A DNA stretch of 48,123 nucleotides, taken from Candidatus Scalinduaceae bacterium (GTDB taxonomy: Bacteria > Planctomycetota > Brocadiia > Brocadiales > Scalinduaceae). The position numbers were made by a program, and so were the translations under genes. This document shows positions 10,101-19,258 of the stretch, piece by piece (the first letter of the stretch is position 1; each line of letters begins with the position of its first letter). The notes beneath the pieces were generated by a model. It was given only the letters and a program-made list of their open reading frames with translations, searched no databases and was not told where the DNA came from. The stretch covers positions 1-48,123 of the forward strand of contig JBHICG010000021.1 in the NCBI GenBank assembly GCA_046759445.1, written 5' to 3'.

Positions 10101-10855
10101 TCTTCTCCGTTGTATAATTCATCTATATTCTTTTGCAGTGTTAATGTATTCCAACGTTTTAAAATATATTCTATTTTGTCTCTGGTTTTTTCAGGCAGCT
10201 CTTTTTCAGAAGATAACTCATTTATTTCACTTATTATGTCCTTAATATTATTGTATGTAATTAATACGTCTTGAGATATATTAATTGGTTTGACAATCTT
10301 TGAGATCGGTTGACATGCATTTCTTATCTTTTCATAGAGATGCATCAGGCATTCCTTAAATGATTTAATCCTGCTACTCTTTGAGTCCATTTGATGCCAG
10401 AATATGTTATTAAGGAATACATCCAGTCTGCTTTCGTCTGACCATTTTTTTAATATTGTTTCTAAGATTTGTTCCTTGAACCTGTTAGTCTCGAGCTCGT
10501 CCATAACTCGAAATTGAGGATCAATGCCCGCTTCAATTGCATTTTCTCTGAGCAAACGTGCACAGAAACTGTGGATGGTTGAAAGGTATGCAAACTCTAT
10601 CTTCTGACGTTCCTTTTCCATTCCTTCTCGCTCAAATAAAGCGGCTACCCTTATCTTCATCTCATTTGCTGCCTTCTCTGTAAATGTGAGAGTCAATATC
10701 TCATTGATTGATACGTTTTTCCTGGTCACAAGATTTACGAAACGTTTTACAAGTACGCTTGTTTTTCCAGAGCCTGGGCCTGCCACTATACAGAGGTCTC
10801 TGTCCGTAATCTGTATGCCCTTTCTTTGAGAAGTAGTGAGTTGATTATTATTCAT
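7142..10855 (-). CDS. addA: AddA/UvrD-type SF1A helicase with C-terminal PD-(D/E)xK nuclease
   Basis: AGPGSGKT, TFTEKAA, LVDEFQD, VGDAKQSIYGFR, TVHAAKGLEF, LLYVAMTRA; nuclease GQFDL...IIDYK. Confidence 0.88.
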   Translation of the reverse strand: MNNNQLTTSQRKGIQITDRDLCIVAGPGSGKTSVLVKRFVNLVTRKNVSINEILTLTFTEKAANEMKIRVAALFEREGMEKERQKIEFAYLSTIHSFCARLLRENAIEAGIDPQFRVMDELETNRFKEQILETILKKWSDESRLDVFLNNIFWHQMDSKSSRIKSFKECLMHLYEKIRNACQPISKIVKPINISQDVLITYNNIKDIISEINELSSEKELPEKTRDKIEYILKRWNTLTLQKNIDELYNGEEKDTLTLSLLNKFKDINSSINLSVSQDVKQPLKDLRKELENLIGLLIEDYSTKPKMVLKEFLMDFDAAYTEGKKIESLVDFTDLEEKTIELLREKKHITDEIKRRFKYILVDEFQDISRLQRTIIDLIRGKDNLFVVGDAKQSIYGFRNADVEIFQNLQNEVSSSSLICLNENFRSRPQILDFVNHIFDKLWSDNAGNQQKDCNEIKDAANCSITSADPFDSTSPLSPPSQGGERGEVSSLLTNSEHQLKAGATFSHKSIPSVEMIMAAGEDKTQARKWESIEIAKRIKEIVEKGLIKITNKREKERNLLYRDFAILFRSTTDIKLYERSLAELNIPYYVISGRGFFNTTEITDLMNLLKVIESPLDEINLASVLKSPFVGVDDEALFWLANYAHNAHNGNERRYIYEILNEVVDIKEIKADVRNKITQFMQLLKKIQTIKPRTSLWHLISLILKRTEFQSKMLIFSNGKRRYANLLKLVELCKNQEDFEPVTLRDFIEIVEDYKFREIRESEAPVESEEEDVVKLTTVHAAKGLEFPVVVIADVDRDNVRPSDYFVYSEKHGVSFKIINPLTNEVEEPLSHKKIKEEIKEKEIQESKRLLYVAMTRAQEHLIISGGTNKGRNKKGQDKGNWFNDIYSILDLSMVPKENPEIIRLNGDKQRIRCTIITEENKPPAQLVSGIPNAGKRKSLLTKHKEEIAACNEIKTPPPSKDIINTGTDILSVIKHAVPVDNSHYVYSVTEILKFYFCPQLYFFTYILGLRGTKEGLRPNPESEEDANTPYDDEIPGHELGNIAHRVLKRYHLSENKVALQEHIKREFATSGFEADQSRINMVASWVNSFYESEVGKEVVSGSLQKREASFIFKHQHNLIRGQFDLFYCNNAGQLKIIDYKANDISVEEIPLKVKYYQLQMQLYARALEAIYGKRVDETILYFLVPNKSVTIDTTEDSCKELYKTLDTFFATLKKGNFKKVSNYKCEWCEYEMICK
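9390..9436. repeat. perfect 22-bp-stem palindrome embedded in frame in addA
   Basis: ACCTCCCCTCTTTCCCCTCCTT-GCG-AAGGAGGGGAAAGAGGGGAGGT, homologous to 2063-2111. Confidence 0.85.
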
Positions 10856-10884
10856 AAATATGTTTGTAGTTTATGTGGTGAATT

Positions 10885-11688
10885 TTAACGACTGAAGTTA
10901 GCAAGCTTATGTCCCTTCCCTAATGTTAACGGATTTTTAATCATTTTAGTTACAAATTTCTTAGCAATTGTGATTGAACTTATTAAATTATTTCCTTTTG
11001 CCAGTTCAGTAGTAATTGCTGCGGAATACACACATCCTGTACCATGAACGTTTTCTGCCTTAATCTTCTTTTCTTTGAAGTATTCAAAGGAATTTCCATC
11101 ATAGAGAATATCAATCGCTTTGTCTTCAAAGCCATGATCTCCATTTCCATGATTTACGGCATGTCCGCCCTTGATCAATACATTCCTTGCTCCCAGTTCG
11201 TATATGGATTTAGCGACATCCTTCATATCAGGAAGAGACTTAATCTTCTTGTCTGCCAGGATTTCGGCTTCCGGGATATTAGGGGTTACTAAGTAGGATA
11301 ATGGAATCAGGATAAAACGGAGTTTCTTAACACCCTCTGAAGATAAAAGCCTGTTCCCTTTGTGCGATTTGATTATGGGATCAACTACGAGCTTTTGGAG
11401 ATTATACTTTCTAATCCTGTCACATACTATCTCAACAACCTCTTCATTTGCAAGCATTCCAGTCTTCAATGCATCTACGCCTATGTCCGTAATAACGGCA
11501 TCTATTTGTTGACCTACAAGACCTGCTGGAATCTCGAAGGTTGAACTTACACCGAGAGTGTTCTGTGCAGTTATTGCCGTAACAGCGCATGTGCCATAGG
11601 CACCAAGTGCATTTATGGTCTTCAGGTCAGCCTGCAAACCAGCCCCACAGCAAGAATCCGAACCGGCAATTGTTAAAACTTTATACAT
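10885..11688 (-). CDS. thiD: hydroxymethylpyrimidine/phosphomethylpyrimidine kinase
   Basis: TIAGSDSCCGAGLQADLK, TAQNT, TPNIPEA, IKGGH and HGTGC motifs. Confidence 0.96.
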   Translation of the reverse strand: MYKVLTIAGSDSCCGAGLQADLKTINALGAYGTCAVTAITAQNTLGVSSTFEIPAGLVGQQIDAVITDIGVDALKTGMLANEEVVEIVCDRIRKYNLQKLVVDPIIKSHKGNRLLSSEGVKKLRFILIPLSYLVTPNIPEAEILADKKIKSLPDMKDVAKSIYELGARNVLIKGGHAVNHGNGDHGFEDKAIDILYDGNSFEYFKEKKIKAENVHGTGCVYSAAITTELAKGNNLISSITIAKKFVTKMIKNPLTLGKGHKLANFSR

Positions 11689-11722
11689 AGAGAGCTTTAC
11701 TTTTTATAATTTAAAGACTAAG

Positions 11723-11852
11723 TAGTATATGTTGCGGAAAAGCGTTATCTGCATGATTTGTAGGGGCTGTTCCCCGAACAGCCTTATAAAAGCGGTTCGT
11801 TCGCCCGCCTGCCATCCGTCGGGCAGGGGGAACTAACCCTACATAAATATTC
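11723..11852 (-). mobile_element. MITE family B, truncated copy with a 24-bp insertion
   Basis: reverse complement of 14611-14745; extra CCCGCCTGCCATCCGTCGGGCAGG at 11804-11827; one TIR missing. Confidence 0.85.
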
Positions 11853-12347
11853 CAATTGGCGCGAAGCGCCTAAGTTCATACATAGGAATTTAAATCAAAT
11901 TTTCCCCTCTAAAAAGAGGGAGCCTGAAAGTTGTTGCCGAAGGCTTAACTTGTTAATATATTTTTCTTGTAATCTTAAATGGCTTTTTCTAAAATATTTA
12001 CATTATAGGGAGCAGATGCAACATTGTTGTTTCTGTTTATATAAACTAGAGTACCCATTGTAGTATTTTGCAAGACTACCTTCCATCATTTTTCTCTTAA
12101 ATTACAAGAGAGGCAATGCAATTCCGTTATACGTTAGAGGTTTCCGTTTAATTGTCTTGATTTCACCCTTCAAGCTTAATATCATAGGGACAATTTGCAA
12201 TCATCAGGAATCTTACAAACACAATACAAGAAAAATAAGCGTGGAGTTAAGGCTTTAGCCTTTTATAGCAATTTAGCTTATGCTAAATTGCCTTAAACTC
12301 CTGAAGGGTAAATTCCTTCCGAGAAACAATATTAGTATCTTAGTAAA

Positions 12348-12497
12348 ACCTAAATTGAGCGATTTTGTAGCCGCAACCTTGAGGTTGCGTGACTTACGAG
12401 GATCCATCAAATGATGAGAAACGCAGGCGGTCAATCTTAAGATTGCCTTAAGCCAGCGGCTACAATGGCATATAATATAAAATCGTTCAATTTAGGT
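12348..12497. mobile_element. 150-bp MITE family A, copy 3
   Basis: near-identical to 853-1002. Confidence 0.9.
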
Positions 12498-12566
12498 GAT
12501 AGCAATAAGAATTAGCTAATTGAGAAGCAATTAATTTGTCTAAAATTTTTTTAAGGCCTTAATATA

Positions 12567-14588
12567 TTGAAAAATATCTTATTAATAATGTTTTCTTTGG
12601 CGCTCACATTTGAAGCAGGTTGTAAAACGCTTGTTAGCGAGGATGAGGATACAAAATCAATCGAAAAAGCAAAAGATGATAAACAACCAGAGGTTGTGGA
12701 GAAAAGAAAATGGGAGTGGGAAATAACACCAGAGGTAGAAGAGGTTAAAGAAGAGAAGGTTGAACCTGCAAAAAAAGAGTTCATTTACCCGTTAGAAAAG
12801 GTTGAGGCAAAACCCTACATAGTAAGAGCGCCCGAAGGTGAAAGAATTGACATAACCTTTAACTTTCAAAATGCGGACATAAAAGAGGTCGTTAACGTAA
12901 TTTTAGGAGAGATATTGGAATTAAATTATACTCTAGATAAGAGGGTTACAGGCCTGATTACCTTACGGACAGCAGGAAAGTTTTACAGGGAAGAACTTGT
13001 AAACATTATGCAGGCAATGTTGAACACAAATGGCTTTGCAATGGTAAAAGATAGGAACATTTTTCAGGTGGTACCTATACAGGAGGCCCGTAGTGAAGCA
13101 GGGATAGAAAGTATCGGTGATGTGACGAAGACGCAAAGTAAGGACGTGATTACTCAAATAGTTCAATGTAGGCATATAGCGCCTCAGGCGATAATTCCTA
13201 CGCTGAGGGGGTTGTTAACTAAAGCTGGTTTTGTTATCGCGCCAAATGATACCCATGCAATTATTATTTCAGAGAAGATTAAGAATATGGACAAATTATT
13301 AAAAATTATAAAGACCTTTGATGTGCCTTTTTTTGCGGGAAAGGCATTGAGATTTTATGAAATAAAATATGCCGATACAAAGACTCTTGCAAAGGATCTG
13401 GAGTTGGTTGCACAAACACTCGGCGCAAAGACAAAAGGCCCAAAACTGGATATAGCCTTTATCCCGTTTCAGGATACAAACAAAATATTAGTGGCAACTA
13501 ATATTCCAGAGATATTTTCATCGGTTGATGCCTGGATATCAAACATAGACGTAAGCGTTAAAGAGAAGAGGATGAGGCTGTATGTTTATAAGATGCAGCA
13601 TGAACAGGCGGAGACTACTGTAACTATCTTAACGGAACTTTTTAAGGAGAAGATTACGCCTGTGGCCAAACCCGGCGAGGCAGCGCAAGAGCCCATGAAA
13701 ATTATTGCCGATAAAAATACGAATAGTATTATCGTAAAGGCGCTGCCTATTGATTACGAGAGTATAACGACTATTATTCAAACCCTTGATGCTACACCTC
13801 AACAGGTACTCATAGAGGCCGTAATTGCAGAGGTCACGTTAACAGATGCCCTGGCACATGGGATTGAGTATTTCTTCAGACATAAGGGACGTACGAGTGA
13901 AGGTGGTAGCATATCACTTTTGCCTACAGGTGGAACCACAGGGACAGATCCTCTCACAGGGATTGGGACTAAGTTCTTCACATTGAATAGGGATATTGAT
14001 GCTATAATCGATTTGATTGCCCGTGAGACAGAGATGGAAGTACTCTCTACACCCCACATCCTGGTCCGTGATGAACAGGAGGCACACATTCAGGTAGGTT
14101 CATCTGAACCCATAAGGACGGGTACCACACAACCTGTGGGAGGTGGTAACCCATTGGAGCAAATACAATATCGAGATATTGGCATAATCCTTACAGTGAC
14201 TCCTCGCATTGGTGAAAACGAAATGGTTACACTGGATATTACTCAAGAGGTGAGTAAGGTTGCAACATCTGCTGCTATTCCAAATACCCCGGCTTTCACT
14301 GTAAGGGAAACACAGACATCCTTGGTTATTAAGAGTGGCCATGCGATTTACCTGGGCGGAATTATTGACATTGACAATGCAATGACTATAAATAAAGTTC
14401 CTCTCTTGGGTGACATCCCGGTTGTTGGTAACATCTTCAAATCAACAGACAAAACTAAGAGGAAGACGGAATTGATGATACTAATAACGCCTCATGTAAT
14501 AAATACTGCTGCCGAGGCGGATATGTTAACCAAAGAGTTCAAAGAAAAACTTGAACAGATAGCAAAGATGACAAAAAGGGTTAAATAA
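12567..14588 (+). CDS. gspD: type II secretion secretin GspD
   Basis: ITFNFQNADIKEVV N0 domain; QVLIEAVIAEV, PHILV and KVPLLGDIPVVGNIF secretin motifs. Confidence 0.93.
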   Translation: MKNILLIMFSLALTFEAGCKTLVSEDEDTKSIEKAKDDKQPEVVEKRKWEWEITPEVEEVKEEKVEPAKKEFIYPLEKVEAKPYIVRAPEGERIDITFNFQNADIKEVVNVILGEILELNYTLDKRVTGLITLRTAGKFYREELVNIMQAMLNTNGFAMVKDRNIFQVVPIQEARSEAGIESIGDVTKTQSKDVITQIVQCRHIAPQAIIPTLRGLLTKAGFVIAPNDTHAIIISEKIKNMDKLLKIIKTFDVPFFAGKALRFYEIKYADTKTLAKDLELVAQTLGAKTKGPKLDIAFIPFQDTNKILVATNIPEIFSSVDAWISNIDVSVKEKRMRLYVYKMQHEQAETTVTILTELFKEKITPVAKPGEAAQEPMKIIADKNTNSIIVKALPIDYESITTIIQTLDATPQQVLIEAVIAEVTLTDALAHGIEYFFRHKGRTSEGGSISLLPTGGTTGTDPLTGIGTKFFTLNRDIDAIIDLIARETEMEVLSTPHILVRDEQEAHIQVGSSEPIRTGTTQPVGGGNPLEQIQYRDIGIILTVTPRIGENEMVTLDITQEVSKVATSAAIPNTPAFTVRETQTSLVIKSGHAIYLGGIIDIDNAMTINKVPLLGDIPVVGNIFKSTDKTKRKTELMILITPHVINTAAEADMLTKEFKEKLEQIAKMTKRVK

Positions 14589-14610
14589 TGAGTATCAGTA
14601 AAAGCATAAT

Positions 14611-14745
14611 TAGTATCTGTTGCAGAAAGCAATTTCTCGAATATTTATGTAGGGTTCGTTCCCCGAACGAACCGCTTTTATAAGGCTGTTCGGGGAACAG
14701 CCCCTACAAATCATGTTGATAATGCCTTTTCCGCAACAGATACTA
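14611..14745 (+). mobile_element. MITE family B, complete copy containing a GTAG REP pair
   Basis: TIRs TAGTATCTGTTGC(A/G)GAAA; internal GTAGGGTTCGTTCCCCGAACGAACC...GGCTGTTCGGGGAACAGCCCCTAC. Confidence 0.88.
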
Positions 14746-14783
14746 ATTACGCAAATTCAGAAAGCTGCCCGAAGGAGGCAATA

Positions 14784-15158
14784 GTGCGTATCATTAAAAA
14801 TGATAGGGGATTTACTATCCTGGAGATTATCATTGCCCTTGCTATAACCGCTATCTCAATAACGGCTTTCATACAACTGTTAGGCAATTCTACTATGTTA
14901 AGATCAAAGGTAAATGATTATGATGAAAGGCTTGATGTTGCGATTACAAAGGCCGAACAGACATTCCTGGGATTGATAGGTGATATTAATACACAAAGTG
15001 GGGAAAAAAATTATTGGCAGGGTAGGACTTTGGACAATGGCGTCAACTGGCGTGTTGAAGAAGAAAAAGATAAAAGTGCTGAAGGAAATAATGAGAATGT
15101 GTATTTCTACACGGTTTTTGTTGATGGTATAGATATATCAAGTGTGAGTATAAAATGA
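14784..15158 (+). CDS. gspI: minor pseudopilin, GspI-like
   Basis: RG|FTILEIII prepilin motif; length and position; AGGAGG RBS. Confidence 0.75.
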   Translation: MRIIKNDRGFTILEIIIALAITAISITAFIQLLGNSTMLRSKVNDYDERLDVAITKAEQTFLGLIGDINTQSGEKNYWQGRTLDNGVNWRVEEEKDKSAEGNNENVYFYTVFVDGIDISSVSIK

Positions 15159-15793
15159 AAAAAGGTGAACGTGGATTTACTTTATTGGAACTCATAATCG
15201 CTATTTCTATTGGGACAACCTTGATTTTACTAGTGTCTTTTTCTGTTAGAATGGGATTCCTTCAGATGGAAAAGGGCAGTAAATGGCTTGATGAGAGCCA
15301 TAGAAGAAAGAGCGCATTACAATTTTTTTATCAGCAAGTGTCGTCTATGAGGAATGAGAATTCTAATGGAGAAGTGGTTTTCAGTGGTGATTCAGATAAG
15401 ATTTTTTTTGTCACGCCAATATCTCTTGAAAAGCGTTATTCATTGGGATTGATGGCAGTATTGTATTATCGGGAAAAAGATGAAAATGGTTATAACTTGA
15501 ACTACCAGGAAAAAAGATTTTTACCCGATGAAAGCACTGACAAATTTGAGGATGTGGATAATACGATGTTTAATGGTAGTGAGAAAGTAACTATCTTTGA
15601 TGGGTGTGAAGAAATTGCCTTTAAGTTTCTTGACGAGCAGGAGAGTGAAAATGAAAGTTCAGGTTTAGGTAATGTTAGTCTTGAATGGAAGGATTCATGG
15701 TTAAAGAACAGTCTGCCAAAAGCCATAAAGGTAGTAATGTCAAAAAGCAGTCAAAACAGAGAGATGATTGCTCCAATAATGGTTATGTACTAA
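15155..15793 (+). CDS. gspJ: minor pseudopilin, GspJ-like
   Basis: RG|FTLLELII; C-terminal W..W....LPKAIKV typical of GspJ. Confidence 0.8.
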   Translation: MKKGERGFTLLELIIAISIGTTLILLVSFSVRMGFLQMEKGSKWLDESHRRKSALQFFYQQVSSMRNENSNGEVVFSGDSDKIFFVTPISLEKRYSLGLMAVLYYREKDENGYNLNYQEKRFLPDESTDKFEDVDNTMFNGSEKVTIFDGCEEIAFKFLDEQESENESSGLGNVSLEWKDSWLKNSLPKAIKVVMSKSSQNREMIAPIMVMY

Positions 15794-16839
15794 TCTTTGT
15801 ATTATGGGCGATAGCAATGCTTAGTATGGTTGCGTTGGGGTTTTCAAAGGATACAAGGATTTCAATCTCCCTGAACTCTGTAAATACTGATAGGATAAAG
15901 GATTATTATGCAACAAGGGGGGCAGCACTCTACGCCCTAAATAAGATATCAGATGCTGGTGGTGAATCATCAAGTAGCCAACCCCCCTCACAAGGGTCTG
16001 CAATTACTCCTGCTACTCCTCCATCAGAAGGTGCGCTAGCGCCAACCCCAGGTATAAAAGAAGAAGAGACTTCTAAATCTAAAGGTATAGAGGGTCAAGA
16101 AACTACCAAATGGATTCCCAGTAAGAATCCATATTCAATTCAAATAGGCAATATTTATTGTGATGTGTACTTATTTGATGAAAATGGGAAGCTTAACCTC
16201 AACGGTTTAAGTGATGAAAGCAGAGAAATCTTCATCAAATATCTTACTCAAAAGGATACAGATATGCTTGATGCTGATGTTATAGTCGACTCAATTTTGG
16301 ATTGGGTTGACAATGATGACCTTACCCATCTTAATGGAGCAGAAGACAAATATTATGAATCGCTACCAGAGCCTTATAAAGCCAAAGATGCTCCCTTCGA
16401 TTCAATTGAGGAATTGACACTGGTTCGTGGTGTAAAGTCAGAGATATTTGAAAATATTAAAAATGACATTACCGTATATGGCAACAATCAGATTAGAATT
16501 AACATAAATTTTGCGTCAAAGGAGATACTCAATTCAATACCCGGACTTTCCATTGGGATAGTTGATGAACTAATGCTATATATAAAGAAAAATGGTCCTA
16601 TCAAAGATCCGGAGGAGCTAAGGGAAGTATTCTGGAATCTTGGAATAATAGGCGAGAGTTTTGAGGACATAAGACCATATATAACCTTAGATCAATCAGA
16701 CTTTGTCACAGTCCGTGCCGTTTCCACTGGTTCGGGGAAGAAAACAACCCAACAAAGTCGTTATGGTGGGTATGAGTATAAATTAATTGCTGGGAAAAAC
16801 GTCAATAAGTATGAAATTTTCGCCGTTTATCCTGAGTAA
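15697..16839 (+). CDS. gspK: pseudopilin GspK
   Basis: G|YVLIFVLW, DENGKLNLN, ILDWVDNDD, GAE..YY and ININFAS motifs; start could be 15685. Confidence 0.9.
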   Translation: MVKEQSAKSHKGSNVKKQSKQRDDCSNNGYVLIFVLWAIAMLSMVALGFSKDTRISISLNSVNTDRIKDYYATRGAALYALNKISDAGGESSSSQPPSQGSAITPATPPSEGALAPTPGIKEEETSKSKGIEGQETTKWIPSKNPYSIQIGNIYCDVYLFDENGKLNLNGLSDESREIFIKYLTQKDTDMLDADVIVDSILDWVDNDDLTHLNGAEDKYYESLPEPYKAKDAPFDSIEELTLVRGVKSEIFENIKNDITVYGNNQIRININFASKEILNSIPGLSIGIVDELMLYIKKNGPIKDPEELREVFWNLGIIGESFEDIRPYITLDQSDFVTVRAVSTGSGKKTTQQSRYGGYEYKLIAGKNVNKYEIFAVYPE

Positions 16840-16916
16840 AGGTTATTTTAAATTTATGGATTTTCACTTATCGCCAGAAACCTTTATGATAATTTACAAA
16901 AAACCCATACTTTGAT

Positions 16917-17597
16917 TTGTCTATGTGCATAAAACAATTCACTCGTTTCATATTTCTTGTAGCTTTTCTGTGCTGTAGCGTTGTATTAGCAGATGAAGCA
17001 GAAGACGATACTACAATTGCATCAGGTGGAAATCAAATTGTTGTTTCACCCATAAACATGTTACTTGATCTGGGTGAGTTTGTATATGCAAATGTGTTAG
17101 TTATTGACGAAGACGGAGACCCTGTCGAAGGCAGTAAAATGCAGATCATTCCACAAGATAAGACAAAGATAGCAATCAAAAGTGATAGTTTTACTACGAA
17201 CAAATCAGGATATATTCAATTCTCTATACTCGGAAAAGAGCAGGGAGACACAGTTGTGATTGTAACTGATGGTGTAATTTCAACTCAGATAAATGTTGCG
17301 ATAAAAAACCTAATTCGCTATGCGCTTCCATATTTTTACGGTGATATGCAATTAAGTCTTGTGAATCCGTCTGAAGACTTCAATTATGTAAAGGTACAAT
17401 TTCACGAAAATAGTGAAAGGCTTATACCACCTGTGATAATAAGATTAGAAGGTAAGGAGATGAAGACACTTAAATTATCAGAAGAAATGGATATAGCGTT
17501 AAGGGATGGATGGGCAGAGGTATTTTCCACTGAGATTTTATTCGGTGGAGTGTGGACAAATAAGGGTTATCTACCTTTTAAGATGATAGAGGAATAA
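16917..17597 (+). CDS. exported hypothetical protein with Ig-like beta domain
   Basis: signal peptide; V.DEDGDPVEG...TNKSG...F...G..QGDTVVIV resembles a bacterial Ig-like domain. Confidence 0.6.
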   Translation: MSMCIKQFTRFIFLVAFLCCSVVLADEAEDDTTIASGGNQIVVSPINMLLDLGEFVYANVLVIDEDGDPVEGSKMQIIPQDKTKIAIKSDSFTTNKSGYIQFSILGKEQGDTVVIVTDGVISTQINVAIKNLIRYALPYFYGDMQLSLVNPSEDFNYVKVQFHENSERLIPPVIIRLEGKEMKTLKLSEEMDIALRDGWAEVFSTEILFGGVWTNKGYLPFKMIEE

Positions 17598-18040
17598 TGA
17601 TTGAAAAAGACCGTAATGCTAATTCCTTCACACTTATTGAGGTTATAATTGTATTGGTTATTGTGACAGTCGTTGGTATGATTTCAATACCAAGGGTAAC
17701 GAATGCAATAGAGTCAGCAAGGTTTAGGGGAGCAATATCTAAGCTAATAACTTTTCTGAGAAATACACACCTTGAGGCGGTATTAACACGAAAAGATATG
17801 GATGTAACGGTTGACTTTGAGGAAAATATCCTGAAAAGGAATGATGGTCAATTGTTTATTTTACCACCTGAAATAATATTGAAACCTGAAGAAATTGATG
17901 ATTATGACATGATGAAATATACATTCTTCAATAATGGGAGGGGTACAGGCCCCAAAATACAATTGATAGGAAGCAATGAGAGAAAAGCAACCGTTTACGT
18001 CGATTCATTGTCAGGATTGGCAAGGTATGATTTTAAATGA
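17597..18040 (+). CDS. gspH: GspH/FimT-like pseudopilin
   Basis: S|FTLIEVII; C-terminal TFFNNG...VYVDSLSG. Confidence 0.75.
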   Translation: MIEKDRNANSFTLIEVIIVLVIVTVVGMISIPRVTNAIESARFRGAISKLITFLRNTHLEAVLTRKDMDVTVDFEENILKRNDGQLFILPPEIILKPEEIDDYDMMKYTFFNNGRGTGPKIQLIGSNERKATVYVDSLSGLARYDFK

Positions 18041-18164
18041 ATTGAAAAGACAATTCCCAATTTACCATATATTGAACCTCTTCGTGACTAGATAACTTTT
18101 CTACAATTTTTTGTGATAGAGTGTTGTATCCTGTATTGTTTTCTCAATCATAATAAGTTTACGG

Positions 18165-19091
18165 TTAATCTGGTAAATTCTTAGTAATTTCTGCGCTCTC
18201 AACAAGGTTTATGAGCCAGGGCCCTACCCTTTTTTGAACTATTTGGACTGTTACAAGCTTTACTAGTTCACCTTTTACTGCGCTAAATTTCTTCATGCTT
18301 CTCGGTATCCGATTGTCTATCTTTAATATATGATATCCGCTATCCGTCTTTATTATCTCACTTATTTCACCCTTTTTCAGTTTCGCTACCGCTTTCCCAA
18401 GAATTCCGTGTGGTCCAAATGGGCGCATACTACCTCCACGTGAGGCAGAATTTCTATCAATAGATTCTTTTTTTGCCAGTGCCTCAAAATCGGCACCAGT
18501 CTTTATCTTTTCAATGATTTTCTCCGCTTCTCTCATTGTGCGCAACACAATCTGTCTGGCGATGATTTTTTCTCCGTACTGATCCTCGTAAGCCTCATGT
18601 AATTCTTCATCTGTTATTTCTATAGTTTTCGTTATAATTTTTTCGGCTAATAGTTCAACCTCTACCTGTTGCTTTGTAAGTTTAAACATCTTGATTATAT
18701 TCTTTTTATATTGTTCAATTGTTATACCTTGCTTTTCTAGTTCTCGCTTCAGGTCATTTTCATCCTTTAAACCGGCTCTTTTCATTTGCTGTTTGATTGC
18801 ACCTTCGGTTAGATCTTCTATTCTTTTAGTTATTTCATCATTATTTACTTTTACATTAAGTCTGATGGACTCCTGCTTTACGAGTGTTCTTCTAATTAAA
18901 AGACCAAGTCCTTCACTACCATAGGCATCAATAAGCAAGTTGGCAAGTTCATCACGACTTAACTTTTGTCCGTTTACGACTGCTACCACATTGGTATCTG
19001 CCTTTGCATCCAGATTGAAAACTACATTATTACCTATTATACTAAATATCAGAAAAATGATACCGAGCATGTAATTTCTACTATTCATCAT
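18165..19091 (-). CDS. PpiC-type peptidylprolyl isomerase (PrsA/SurA-like foldase)
   Basis: VAVVNG; ARQI; FEALAKKESID..SASRGG; GEISEIIKTDSGYHIL; start moved to the ATG following a GAGGA RBS. Confidence 0.9.
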   Translation of the reverse strand: MMNSRNYMLGIIFLIFSIIGNNVVFNLDAKADTNVVAVVNGQKLSRDELANLLIDAYGSEGLGLLIRRTLVKQESIRLNVKVNNDEITKRIEDLTEGAIKQQMKRAGLKDENDLKRELEKQGITIEQYKKNIIKMFKLTKQQVEVELLAEKIITKTIEITDEELHEAYEDQYGEKIIARQIVLRTMREAEKIIEKIKTGADFEALAKKESIDRNSASRGGSMRPFGPHGILGKAVAKLKKGEISEIIKTDSGYHILKIDNRIPRSMKKFSAVKGELVKLVTVQIVQKRVGPWLINLVESAEITKNLPD

Positions 19092-19258
19092 ACAATGGTT
19101 TTCCTCAAAGGTTATTAAAAGTTCCAAAATTAAAATACTTACAAAGCTGTGTGGAAGTGGTAACATAAAATAGCACGAGTCTACTTTAGTGTCAACTGTA
19201 TTTTATAATGAGTATTTGCTACAATGATATATTTCTAAGATATAAGGGGGGAGAAACA

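Noticed and set aside
853..12497. Repeated 150-bp units as a CRISPR array or integron attC sites
   Set aside because: The copies are kilobases apart with no spacers, cas genes or integrase; the TIR architecture fits MITEs
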